Assembly (NCBI GenBank): GCA_907165135.1
Contig: OU015568.1
Coordinates: 15,325,208-15,389,207, forward strand
Source of the DNA: Oikopleura dioica
Taxonomy: Eukaryota; Animalia; Chordata
Reading direction: 5' to 3'
DNA: 64,000 nucleotides
Under the pieces are notes generated by a model. It saw only the letters and a list, made by a program, of their open reading frames with translations. It was not told the origin of the DNA and did no database searches. Shown piece by piece: positions 27,315 through 40,309 of this stretch (within the stretch, counting starts at the first letter, position 1; each line of letters opens with the position of its first letter). The position numbers and the translations under genes were made by a program.

Positions 27315-28531
27315 ATGTTGCGGTTGTAGAGATTTTATTGATTCACCCTTTCTTCCGACGCTCTTGCGCGACCCAAACTTATACTTTTATTTCAGAGGGG
27401 CCGTTCCCGCAGTGTTAAAGAGACCCAAGTAAGTCCAGAGAATTCCTGCTGATTTCTAACTCCTGAATTAGAATGTCGTATTCCACCGTCTTCCGAGGAG
27501 CCGAGAACACCCTTGAATTCCGAATTTTCTACAAGAACGCCGATGGACAAATCATCAGGTGAGCATTGTTGGATCCCTTCCCAATTAATAATTTTCCCTC
27601 AAGTCCCTTCCACGACATTCCCGCGTACGCTGATACCGAGAACAAGATCTACAACATGGTCGTTGAAGTGCCCCGCTGGACCAATGCCAAGATGGAAATC
27701 GCCACCGCCGAAAAGATGAACCCCATCAAGCAGGACGTCAAGAAGGTGCTCTTTCTTTTCTATTTCTGTTTTTAATAACAACAAACCCTTTAGGGCAACC
27801 TCCGATACGTCGCCAATGTTTACCCCCAGCGAGGATACCCATGGAACTACGGTTGCATCCCCCAGACCTGGGAGAACCCTAAGCATGTTGACAAGAACAC
27901 CAACGAAGGTAAAACAGCTTCAAAAAGATTTCATTCTTTATCCATCGTTTCGAAGGTGGTGACAACGATCCCGTTGATGTCTGCGAAATCGGCTCCCGAG
28001 TGCCCGCTCGAGGTGAAGTTATCCAGGTCAAAGCCCTCGGCATCCTCGCCATGATCGACGAAGGAGAAACCGACTGGAAGGTCATCTGCATCGACGTCAA
28101 AGACGAGCTCGCCGACAAGATCAACAACCTCGAGGACGTCGAGAACCTCAAGCCCGGCTACCTCGCCGACACCCGCAAGTGGTTCCGAACTTACAAGGTC
28201 CCAGACGGCAAGCCCGAGAACAACTTTGCCTTCGACGGCGAGTACAAAGACAAGGCCTTCGCTGACCAAATCATCGCTGAGACCTACCAGCAGTGGCAGA
28301 CCCTCGTCCGAGGAGAAGCCGAATCCAAGCTCGCCATTGAAAACGTCTCTGTCGAGGGCTCAAAGGTATTAGAACGCTTTTTCGATGAGATATCTCAATA
28401 TGTCTTTTTAGGCTAAACTCTCTGCCGCTGATGCTCAGGCCGTCGTCGATGCTGCCCCTGCCGTCGCAGCCGCCGCCGCTGTCACCGACATGAAAGCTTC
28501 TCGATGGTTCTACCTCGAAGCCAAGAACTAA
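27315..28531 (+). CDS. PPA1: Inorganic pyrophosphatase (family I); core starts at ATG 27473, optional N-terminal extension from ATG 27315
   Basis: [62 protein letters not shown]. Confidence 0.93.
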
Positions 28532-28732
28532 AAAAACTGACTACTGCTATAAACACACCCTGAAAATAGAAAATAATGAAATCGCCCTGTTGCAATCAAA
28601 ACACCCTCCATGATATCTGATTTCTGTATAATCAAGTACACACGAGTCATTAGGCAAATTAAGCGCAATTTAGTAAAGTTTACTGTTTTATTGAAAAACG
28701 CAGTTGTTGCAAATGTTATTGTTCAGAAAAAA

Positions 28733-30295
28733 ATGGATTATTCGGATATAGATCTGACGTTGAGGTTTTTAATGAAGCAGAAGCAGGCGAGTCAAATTAT
28801 AGGGAGAAATGCTTCCAACATAAAGGTAGCTCTTCTATCCATAACTGATCATAACATGTGTTCAAGAACTTGAGAGAACAAACAGGAGTCAACGTCATTT
28901 TATCAAATCGAGAGCATAAAAATAGAGTGCTAACGATTGCTGCGAAAAAGTCTCTTTGCATGAAATGTAAGTCACATTCTGACTGTCCGAAAGTCTTCAA
29001 AGAAAATACGACTTATTTGAAATTTAGCGGTGACAAGACTTGGCGAAATCCTCGAAGCAGAGAACAACGAGTATGGACAGTCGACGAAACTGGTTCCTAT
29101 TACATTGACGCTAATTGTGCCAAAGAATATTTGTGGAATGATCATCGGAAAAGGAGGGGAAGCGCTGAAAGACTTGCGAATCAAATCCGGGGCGCAAATA
29201 AATATGTCAGCTGATTGCTTGGTAACTAGGGTTTTCATTCGATTTTAAATAATCATCGTTCAGCCAAAATCCGATGAACGAACATGCCAAATTACAGGGA
29301 ATAACTTCTCAGTGACGCAAGCTGTCGATTTGCTCGTCGGAATCATGATCAAAGCGGCGATTGATGAGAGTAAAGGCGAATTCAAGGGAACACCTTCTTC
29401 AGAAATAAGAGCGTACGATCCGAAGAACGAAGAGGAGCCCGATGCGAGATCTGAAAAGGTAGGCCAGTCGTTTTCTTCGCTAAAGAAATATGAATTTCTA
29501 GGATGATAACCTGGTGAAGATGGCGACAGCTTTTCTGACTGCGAATCAAATGATAAACCCGACGATGGAATACAGCCCGATCGAGATCAACGAACAACTC
29601 CAAGAGCTGAGGTACACAATTTTTAAAACTAAATTTTCTTAATCCTTTAAAAAAGAGTGCCGAACCAGCACATGGGTGCGATTATTGGAAAAGGCGGCAA
29701 ACGAATAGGAGAAATACGAATGATGAGCGGATGCAACATCCATGTAGAGCGAGCCGACGAGGATTCGAAATATGGAATGCGAAGACTTACATTGAAAGGA
29801 GATAGACAGAAAATTACAATGGCAGCTTTTCTTATCAATCAGACGATTTCAAGTTTCTCGACTGCCGAGCCTAAAGTCGCTAGTGAAGAAGGTATGTTTT
29901 CGTTCTTATTTTCGGTGTTTAATTTCAAATCAGTGACTATAAAAGTCGAAGAAAGCGAGCAGCAACAAGCTTCAATCCCTGGCACAGCTGCTGATATGAG
30001 TAAGTAAAGTAAGATTTGACCACTTTGGTAATCTTTCCCTAGCTTCCAGTAACACGGAAGAAGAAGCAGCGGCAGCTATGGCAAGATTCTTCGATACTCA
30101 ATTTTCTGGAGCAGTTTCTTACGACCCTACTGAGTACATCAATGACGGTGCAAGTTCTAATTTGAATTCTAACAGAGGAAGAAAACGAAAAGAACAACCA
30201 GGTTTGTTTTAAAGTGCTGCTGAATTATTATGTGTTGTTTAGTGCCCGATATGTACAAAGTGCCCGACAAGAAGCCGGCGAAACTTCACTACTAG
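28733..30295 (+). CDS. Three-KH-domain RNA-binding protein (hnRNP K/PCBP-like)
   Basis: KH motifs IIGRNASNIK, GMIIGKGGEALK, GAIIGKGGKRIGEIR. Confidence 0.85.
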
Positions 30296-30717
30296 AATAG
30301 TTCAATTTTGATTGATTTACAAATTCACTGCCAAATAAACGTTTCACTGAAAGAAAATAATGATCTAAATGGAGGGTTTCTTCTAACGGATTTATCTTCC
30401 AAAGAGTATCTTAAAGTCGACAGTAAGCAGGCAGATGATCATTACCGTGCATCAGCTCGCAACTTGTTATGGATGAAGTGTCGTTTTTCAGGCTCCCCAG
30501 ATTTTGGACAGGATTCTAGCGAAAGTTTAGCTAACTGAGCTGGCGCTGTTTTGGTGTTACCGGCTGAGCGCCTCACTGCCAATAATCATCTTATGCATTT
30601 GTTATGCAAAGTTTATATCCAAATACCCTAATAGCTTTACTCACCTGATCCCCTCCCCGCTCTATAAAACCAGCCGTCATTCTCGAAAATTCATCAAACA
30701 AAAACTTTTTCGATAAA

Positions 30718-31589
30718 ATGTTTTCCCCACTTAAAATTTCCATTTTGAGCCTTTTTGGTCAATCTATCGCCCAGGATCTAATTCAATTGAGCGGGTCGAG
30801 ATTTCAAGAGGATCGTCCAAAGCGTTACAGGTTTTGTAACTGTTTGAAATTTAGTGACAATGGCAATTTCTTAGAGATTTGGCAGAAATGGCAAATCGTC
30901 TCTGGATTGAAAAAGGAGAAACGGAGAAATTCGATGAGGCGAAATTTTTCACATACGGCTGTCATTGCTTTTTAGATCGTAAGGAAATTTTCCATGAATA
31001 TTTTCGAAGAGACCAATTTTAGAAAACCAATTTGGAGAGCCTTTGAAGCATGGCAAAGGAACACCAGTTGATGAAATTGACAGAGCTTGCAAAAAGGTGG
31101 TTTCGGTTTATTTTGAATTTTTGAAGAGGGTTTTTAGTTCAAATACTGTCAAAAATGTGTGCAGGATAAGCATGGTGATCAATGTACCCACGATTTCTAC
31201 CGCTACAACTGGCGATGGGGACGCAAAAGTGACCAGCTCGAGATCCTCTCGCCAAGTGGAAGCTGCGAACGAGAAATTGGAGAATGCGACAAGGTGAAAA
31301 TTCAATAATCTGAGCAGGTTATTCATTTTTTTAGAAATTTCTTAGCGACATTTTCGCCGCCCGAGACGAATTCGACAATGCCTTTCACAACAAATTATCA
31401 TTCTTCGACCCCAATAGCAAAGAAAACTGCTCTGCCGAAAGTCGACCTCGCGGCCGATTTGCTCCAATTTCCGAACAGTTTCAGTGCTGCGGTGGCTACA
31501 ATGGCCCTTACCAGTGGATAAGCACGGCCAGACAACAATGCTGCAATATCGGCAGGGTCAATTACGTAGCACCTGTTGGAGAATGTTAG
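30718..31589 (+). CDS. Secreted PLA2-fold Cys-rich protein, no catalytic His-Asp
   Basis: Signal peptide, YGCHC, GKGTPVDEIDRACKKFKYCQKC, CEREIGECD, CC..GPY...CC tail; TATA-like ctataaaa ~30663. Confidence 0.8.
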
Positions 31590-31855
31590 ATTTGATCGTA
31601 AACCTCAAAAAAAGCTCGCAAGAACAACCGAATACCGGATTACTGCCTGCAAAATATACATTACTGTAATAAAATATTGATTTTTAAAATTCGTCTCTGA
31701 CTCTTGTTTTGATAAAAACACGGCATATAAATGAGAAAGTGTCCCCATATCGTGACGCTTAATCCCCGTCGACCAAACATGCGGTTTTAGCCCCTTATAA
31801 ATTCTTTCATCCAAGTGCGGCGAGCATCAAGTTTTCAAGTTGAAAAATTACTGAT

Positions 31856-32795
31856 ATGAAAATTTTTACAATCAAGAACATTTTTCTACTCGCTGCCGTC
31901 GCTGAAGCTCAAACTACGGAGCAGTCAGCGACCGAAGCTGCTGGATGGGTAACACCTGCTCAGGTTGAAGGTGAGGAAGGAGGTTTAGAGGCGAGAACTC
32001 ATGGAAAGGTGGAGGCCAGACGATATGGAGACTTGAAGAACATCGCGGAAGTTATTTTCACTCACCCAGGTAAACGAAGTTAATTCATTTGCGAGTAATT
32101 TTTGATAGGACACAATAAAATGAACTCGTATGAATTCAACATCTTTTGGTCGAGACTTTGGTCTTACGGCTGCCACTGTTTTTCGGCGGATTCGGACCGG
32201 CCAATGTCAGAGATGGGCTTTGGAGTACCAGTTGATGGCGTAGGGAGGAGTTAGAGATATTTATTCGTTATTAGTTGTTTTGAATGAGAAACTTAAATTA
32301 AAACTCCTGAAAGACACAGCTTGTCGGGCGTATAAACGCTGTCAAAAGTGCGTCTCGCATCACTACAACGGGACCACACCAATGGGCGAGTGCATCGGCG
32401 AGTTTGTCCGATACAGATGGGTTGAAGGCATGGATGGTTACCCTGCATACGCAGGCCAAGCGAATACGTGCGAAGAGGGCTTATTTCAGTGTGATTACAA
32501 GTAAGCGTCAAAGGATCTTTTTAGAATCTCAAAATTTTCTAGCTTTGCGATGGACCTCTTCGATGAACCACCACTAGATCCCCGATTTTCAAAGATCGAC
32601 TCAATTTACGGATGGGACAGATTTGCTTATGGAAATTGCCAACGACCTGAGCCAAACAACGTCCCTTACCGACACGAATGCTGCCACACTGGAGGTAACT
32701 GGCAGTGGTACAATGTTCACACAAAGAAATGCTGCCACGGAGTCAAAGTTGCACGAATTGACGATACTTGCAATCATCATCCTCGAAGCAAGTAA
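31856..32795 (+). CDS. Secreted PLA2-fold Cys-rich protein, paralog
   Basis: Signal peptide, YGCHC, GFGVPVDGVDTACRAYKRCQKC (needs GG-AG intron 32244-32313), CEEGLFQCD, CC...CC tail. Confidence 0.8.
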
Positions 32796-32961
32796 AGACC
32801 AAAAGTAACTCTAGAACTTCCTCCCTTTTCGAAAATTATTCATACTATTGTTACTGGCCTGACTGCACTATCAATAATTTTCAAAACGAATAAATATGGT
32901 GTAAAAAGACGCAAAGATAGAAAAATATAATTTATTATAAAATAATTTCAAGAAGCAGAAC

Positions 32962-35900
32962 TCAGTTGACTTCATACAGCTCTTTGATAGTTTTGATCGA
33001 TGAGTCCCAGGATTTCTTCCAGCGCTCAGCCTCAAAGATGGTCTGAGCCTTCTGATCGTCAAATTCTTGTTGATAGTCGCTGAATCGCTTCTCGATACTT
33101 CGGACGACTTCGTCGCGGAATTTCATGATGTCTTCCATGCTTTCAGAAGCTTTTGATGTCTTGATTGGCTTGCATTTGAATTGAGGGAGACTTCCGCGTG
33201 GAACTTCTGGCCATTCAGGAGGACGCCCAGCGAATGTTCTGTCGATCACAGGCTCGTCGTATTCATCGTAAGACACAACCAAAAGATCCCTTAAAAGTTT
33301 ATATTAGAATACGATTGAAAACCTGCTTTTTACCTGTCAGAAATGATTTTTTCTTCCTTCTGCATAAGATCTGCGGCTAGAGCACAAATTTTCGTTGCAT
33401 CTCTGGTGACAATCTCCGTCAACTTCGATCTAAGCTCCGTATGCCGCTCGATATTGTACTTGTGAATCTTGAAATGGCGATCGCGTTCATTCTTTTCCAA
33501 GTTTGCGAGTTCTTCCTTGTTTTCAGGCAAGCCGAGCGAAGTCCTCAATTTCGAGTTGTGCTCCAAACCCGCGTCTTTGAGTGCATCGAATAGCTGTTGG
33601 TAGCGATCTTGAACATCGTTGATAGCCTTTGCGTTTTCATTTTGAATAGCTTTATTGGTCTCGCTGAAGATCATTTCCAACACAGGGCGGCCAGTCAAAG
33701 TAAACCGATCGACCATATCTTTGACTTGGAGGAAACACTTGTGGACGAAATCTTTTGCCTTGCGCTCGAAATCGACGACTTTTATTACAGTGAAATCGCA
33801 TGTTCTTTCGAAATTTTCCCGAATGAGCTCAGGGCGTGTGATCGGTCGAGCACCTCTGCTTTTGTAATAAGCGTCGCCGAGTGTAAGAATTCTATTCGTC
33901 GCGTCGAAAAGCAGTCTTGTCATTCGCGATGGGAGATCTTCACCATTTGGTGGGCGGAAATCGCCGAAAATTTGGACTTTGACCTCGATCTTTGGATCAC
34001 GAATGATTCTTCTTGGGCCGCCTCCCATTCCAGGCATTGTTGAATACTTTCGACTTTGAGTTTTGGCAAGATTCAGCGATGACATCTTTCGAATGCCGCC
34101 GAGAAGATTGGAGGACGAACCACGCTTTGCTGCGAGCTTAAGTTCTGCTTCCTCGGCTTTCAAGCTCATAAACTCCTGATGCGTTTTCGCCGTTAACCAG
34201 TTGAAGTAAAAGTCACGCTTGACATTCGCCAGAGTAGATAAGGAGCACATGAAATGAGTGACGACTTCAGTAAGCAAAGCGTTGGTTCTGTTTCGCTCAT
34301 TGACGATGAAGAGGACTTCTGTAACTCGATTTCCAGTCGTTGGATCGACGCGTATCGCAGTAGGATCAGAGTTCTCAACGTGGTCGCAGAAAGTCTTCAC
34401 TGTCGATTCCAAGTTATTCAGCCATTGTCGAACTTTTGATGTTTCAGAAGCAATTTGAATTTGTGAGTTGCTGAGAGCTCTGTCAATTTGATGGATGAAT
34501 CTCAGATCATTATCGTGCGGGATAAATTTTTCGTCGTGGAAGCGTTTTCTGCACTCTTCGATTTCCTTGATCTTTTCTGGAAGCAGAACGGAGAGATCCT
34601 TGTTGTAGAGAAAGCATGCTTTGTGAACAAGACTTTCCATCTTCTTGATCGCTTCTTTATCGCTTTGGTCGAGCAGCTTTTCTTGCATCATTGGCTTTAT
34701 GTAATTTCTCAGCTGGACTTTCACGTTGTCTATTTTCTTCTGCGACCATTTCGAGTACTCGTCGACTAGTGTTTCAACCTGATTCTTTGCTTGTTGGAAT
34801 TGAGTCTCGGCGAGATCACACAGCTCGACGAGCTGAGATGTCTCTGTTGCAGCTTGCATTTTCGGTTCTGCTTGCTCTGGAATCAGATGCAATGCTTCGG
34901 TAGCTTCATTGAGCTCCGTTGTGCATTCTTCTTTCTTCTCGCGCATTTCGTTGAGAGTCCTCGATGCCATGCGCTGCTGAACTTGCAGTCCGTCTTTTAG
35001 CTGTGTGATCTTCGCAAGTCTTTCAGGGGCGATCTCTACTTCCAGCTCTCGAATCTTCGGCTCGATAACGTCGATTTTCTTCTTTAGACCGAATTCTGAT
35101 TTCATCTTTCTCCTCGCTGCCCGCGCATTTGCCGACAATTTCGCTGAGTGCTGAGTGCTGCTGATAATTTCCAAGTATTTTTTCTTCGTAAAAGTTATGA
35201 GATCGCTCATGAAATTCTTCGAGATCGCTGCGTCGAGCAAAAATTTTGGCGTCGTTTTATTGATTTTGAACTTCTCCACCGCGGCCTCGTTGGTTTTGTA
35301 GAGATTGAGTCGACCGTAAATTGAGCGTTTTGGTTCCTTTTGCTTCTTTTTCTTTTTTGCTTTTGATTCGCGTTTTGTGGCGTTGCAGCTTTCTGAAGAT
35401 GGATTTCAATTTGATCTGAACGTTAATTTCTACTTTGGAGTCTAATTAAAGCTTAGACTGGTTAGGACAACAAGTTAATGATAGATTGCTCACTTTGCTG
35501 AACCCCATCAAATTGAAACCCGACCTGAGTTTTGAAGTACTGCTGTATGATTTCCATCTTCTTTTCGTGAGGTTCTGGCTCTCTGTACGCCGTTTCGATC
35601 AGCTGGCCTCGATGAAGCTTTCTTTTTCAAGCATTTTCAGCCAGTTTCTTAGCAGCTCTTGATCTTCTTCAGAGATCTCCATGCACGAGTATTTAGATGT
35701 GACGTCGTACTCCCACAATTTCGGCACTGTCCAGTTTTCTTCGCTATTTCGGAAGTACTTCTTCAAGTAGGTAGCATAAACGGTAGACTCGTAGTCTATG
35801 AGATCCGGGTGGAACCTTGAAAAGTGCCGATCTCACGTATGTAGCCTTTGAGATTAGGGATGAAGTCGGCTTTGAGTCGTTTAGCTTCGTTTACTAGGCG

Positions 35901-38150
35901 CTGAATATTTGCTTCCGTCGTTTCCTCGCGAACAGCTTTGACAAGCTCGTTGTAAGTTGTGTCGAAGCTTCCTTGCTGCACCTCGTATTCGGAAGCCATA
36001 CAGTCGAACTCCGTCTCAAACTGGCTCATTCGGTGTTCATTCGACGCAACATGGTGTGCGTGTACTTCCGCCAAGCCGCTCAGAAACGCTTGAATCGTTT
36101 GAAACTGAGCTTCTTTGGAGGTTAAAAAGTTGGACATGTGCTCGCGCAGGTGTTCCATACGATCTTCGAAACCCTCGATGATTATGTACAAAACAGGACA
36201 GAACTCTATTAAAAGGATCATTATAACTTATTATTAATAAGTCATATCAAAATTAATCCCGATTAAGAGTAATTTTTCATAAATAACTACGCAAATCGTA
36301 AGCCTCTTACAACATGTTGCGGAAAATTTGACGTGCCCCTATACGATTTTTTCAAGCTAAATTTTGATCCGCTCCTTCATCGACTGTTTTGAAAACCTCA
36401 GGACTCGCCTTGAGAACTTCCAGCTTCTCCTTGAGTTCACGGAAATTCTGCTCAAGATAGCTTTCGCAATCTTGATAGCAGTCTTGCATCTTTTGCGCAG
36501 TATTTTGATAGAGTTTTTCCAATTTTCGTTCATTTTCATGAAGCTCGTGGCAGCACGTGAGCACCATTTCTGTTGTAAGCTCTCCTGGGGAGAAGCTTTT
36601 TATTTTCTCGAAGATCTTGCCTCGTTGAATGATGTACTCGCGCTGGGCAGACTCGCATTCTGCGATGTACTCGTCGTACTCCTTCGGCGATCGCGTCGAG
36701 TCTGACTGGATGTATTTTCGGAAGGCATCGATTTCTTTTTTTATCTGAAGAAATATGGTTTGATTCGTAGAAATGAGTAAAAGTGCTGACTAAAAATCTT
36801 ACTTTTATCCGTTTGATATTCGAAAATCCGGCAAGAATGTAATTTTTACATCGCTAAAGCTACTTACATGAACATTGTGCCACTGTCCTTTCTGCTTCAC
36901 AAAATCTCGACGAATGTTGAGCTGGAGCCAAAGAACCTCATTCATGATGGTATTTTTGAGGAGGAGGAAAGCCTTGCGATTCTTGATGGTTGATTTGTTC
37001 ATCTTCAGAATCTCCAGTTGCAGCAGGTTCTGATTCTCAACCGAACTCTAGAATATGATATTTTTCTTTGCCAAATCAGCGAATTTTACCTGATATGTGT
37101 CTTCTTTCAACGGTGCCCAAAATTTCTGAAATGACTTCGACCGGACCTCCTCCACCTCGTTCAGTTGAGTTTCTAAGACGTCGATCTTTTTAAAAATGTC
37201 CTCTTTGGTGGCGGTAATCTCCTCCCAGACCTCGTCGATGTCCTCGAACTTGACGGTTGGAAGAAATCCGGAGTCCATAAACCGCGACCAAAGCTTTTTC
37301 AACGTGCCTTGACCGGCGGCAACCTGCTCCTGGAAGGCGAGTGTGAATGTTCGCACGTCGCCTGCTGCTTTCTCCTCCACCTTCGCCATGGACTCGCGGA
37401 TCGAAGCCAGGAGAGCATCGTAGCGAGCTTTCTTCTTCGCTTGGAGACGTCTCAAGGCTGAGGTGTTGTCGCCAGTTGCCTGGACGGTGTCGGGGAGGTT
37501 GAACGTTTCCTCTTTTTCATCCCTGAAAATTTTCTTTACTAAAGCGGGTGTTGGTTCGAACCGAAAAAAGAGCGACAGATATCTCGAATTTCCTCGATAA
37601 ATTTTTTCTTGAATCTGATTGGTCTACAGGCCGAGCGCAGACATTTGATTGGTGAAAAATTAAACAGAAATTTTGGTCAAAATTATCGCATTTTTGGCGA
37701 AAAATTTGTGACAAAATATCAATTGTTCGGATATAAGATCAAAATCTGAGTCAGAATTTCTGACAGTTCTGTAATCCCCGATAATCTTCCCGCGTGGGAA
37801 AATTATGTCTGCAATCCGAAACGTGGAAAGTTAGTTAAACGTATTCCTTAAATTTTTTATGCACATTTTTATCTAATTTCGCGTGAAATTTTCAGCGAAA
37901 AAATATCTATATGCTGTAACTAATTCTTCCGTAGGAGCGCAAAACACGAAAACCTTATCAGTCTTAGACGTCTTCATTTTCCCGTTCCAGTTTTTTCTTT
38001 TCCGGTCGAAGAAAATTTATGAATGACACCTCCTCTAAGATAAGACTTGGAAATCACTTTGTTTCTGACAACAGAACTGTTCCACGAACAAATCAAAATA
38101 ATAAAAAAACGTGGAATTTAAATGGAATAAATTTCTTACCCTGAGATCAT
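32962..38150 (-). CDS. CCDC180: Coiled-coil domain-containing protein 180-like
   Basis: Long helical ORFs; C-terminus IKTSKAS...FRDEVV...ERWKKSWDSSIKTIKELY resembles CCDC180. A micro first exon ATG ATC TCA GG (38150-38140) splices in frame to 37522. Confidence 0.65.
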
Positions 38151-39261
38151 CTTTGATAAACAGAACTAACTGTAAGCTCGCGATTCCGCGTAAACAACGA
38201 CGCGTGTTCTAGAAACAATAAAATTTTGCGTGAATTTTCAACAACTCGATCTTGAATAACAGGTCTGAAAATGCGCCCCAGAATCCCGTAAGCCTCAAAT
38301 TAAGGTGCCCTCAGTATTGTCAAGCCGGAAGCAAATTGAACTGTTCATAACTTAGATAGATAAAGTACTAATTTGACAAATTGTCATGCCGATCCAGGTT
38401 TCATGAAACACTACGCTTTATTAAAGTTACAGTCTTTCGAGTATAGAATTAGAAAGTTCGCAAAAAACGGCCGTCATATTATAATTTTATTTCAGCGAAG
38501 AAAAACGCAAGTCTACTAAAGGCGAGGCACGTTTTACAAGATTATACAAAATGCACTTGGAGCATTTTTTTCTATTCGTCTCGGTAGTACCGCAAAGATA
38601 CCTCTAAGAATCGTCTTATCTGAACTCAACTTGGTCTTCTATGAACCGTTTCACTGTAGTTAACTTCCGAGTGTTACGGTAAACGTCAGAAACTGAGGTG
38701 TTCAACAAAAACTGCCATTACATTCTCCAGATAAAAAATGAAAACGACGCTTCAAATGAGCACTTCACGTTTTTCAAGAATTTTATCTTTTAGAAAAAAC
38801 ACATCTGTATTTTTCCATTCCTATTTGCTTTTAAAACTTATCGAATGTGTTTTCCAGTTAGATTCAAGACTCTGCATCTTCTTCTATCATCTTCATAGCT
38901 TCTTCAGATTCAGTATTATTGTAATAATTACGGATCTATGCTTTTCTCAAACAAGATAAAAGTTTTCTCCAAAAATTTAGAGGGAGCCTTAAAATTCTAA
39001 AGGAGAATTTCTGAAGCAAAAAGACGCCGGGATGAAAAACTTATGACACCTGGTCCATACAATGATTCTTCATGAGATCAGATTCAAATCAAATTTCCAT
39101 TTCGACTTCGAAAACTATAAATTTCTTCGCCACACGTGCGATAGATGGCGTAGTTTATGCGCGGAGTACGCCGCGCGCGCTCGCACCGGGCGGTATAAAA
39201 GTAGGAATTTTTCAGTACAGTGAGCGAAAAAAAGAGAAAAAGTTCAAAAAATTGAAACAAG

Positions 39262-40309
39262 ATGAAGTTGGCGCATAATCTTCAGATTCCAAATTACACA
39301 GGAGGCTACATGATGTCTAGATTCAATATTAGTATTTCGGCGAATATGCAGAATGCTCTTGAAACAGCTCGACTTTTTAGACCAGGTACTTTACTTTTTT
39401 CAGAGAAATAGTTCTCATAATGAAAAATAGACTTCGACGCTGCTATTGACGGCGCTTACGGATGCTTTTGCAATTTTGCATATGGAAACAAACCTTACGA
39501 CCAGTCTGCTCTTGGAAATACTCCGATTGACGAGATCGACGCAAGCTGCAAGCATTTGAAGGACTGTTTACAGTGTGCAAAAGCTCAGTTTGGCGATAGC
39601 TGTACAACTGAGCAGACCTTTTTTACTCGGGAAACGGATTCTTGTTTAAATCAAGCTGGAACTTGTGAGCGTGCCATTTGTGAGTGCCACATGCAATTTG
39701 GGCGAAACCAAGCAGATGCTCATTTGAATACTGGAGGCCATGATCAAGCTGCGCTTTGGGGAGACATGACTGACGGAAGTTTCATCAATTACAGAAGCAA
39801 TGTTTGCCGTATGATTTTCCTACTGTTTTCAATTTTCAAATTCTTCTTCAGCAAGTTTGTGTCCAGCAGGCAAAATCAAGCTAACAACGAACGATGCTAC
39901 CGATTTGATTCTTGAGGCTACTGGGATTTTCAAAGAACAACGACTCTTCACTGATTCTTTTCATGATGTCTACTTTGACAATGGAAAATGGGTAATTTCA
40001 AAAAATATGAATATTCTAGCTGAGTCCGCTGACAGTCCAAACTGTCCCGATGGAGTCTCTCAGTGGTTCTCTGAAAGCGGCAGTCTTTTGCCGAGTTTTT
40101 CGGTATCTAAACCAGGCAGCGGGTCAACAGCAGGAGAAGTCAAGTGCTGCTTAAATCCAATAGGAAAATGGTCGACTGATAAAAAATAATTACCCAATTA
40201 TCTTTTGGGCGCTTAGGTCAACCTAAATACAGGCCCGTTTCATATCTACAATGATAGCAAAAAAGAATGCTGCAGTGATGGAACAGTCAAGCCGATTGGA
40301 CTCTGTTAA
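39262..40309 (+). CDS. PLA2-fold Cys-rich protein with an inserted module
   Basis: YGCFC, GNTPIDEIDASCKHLKDCLQC, CERAICEC, then GPFHIYN...CCSDG; GA-AG intron 40164-40232; TATA-like gtataaaa ~39194. Confidence 0.75.
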
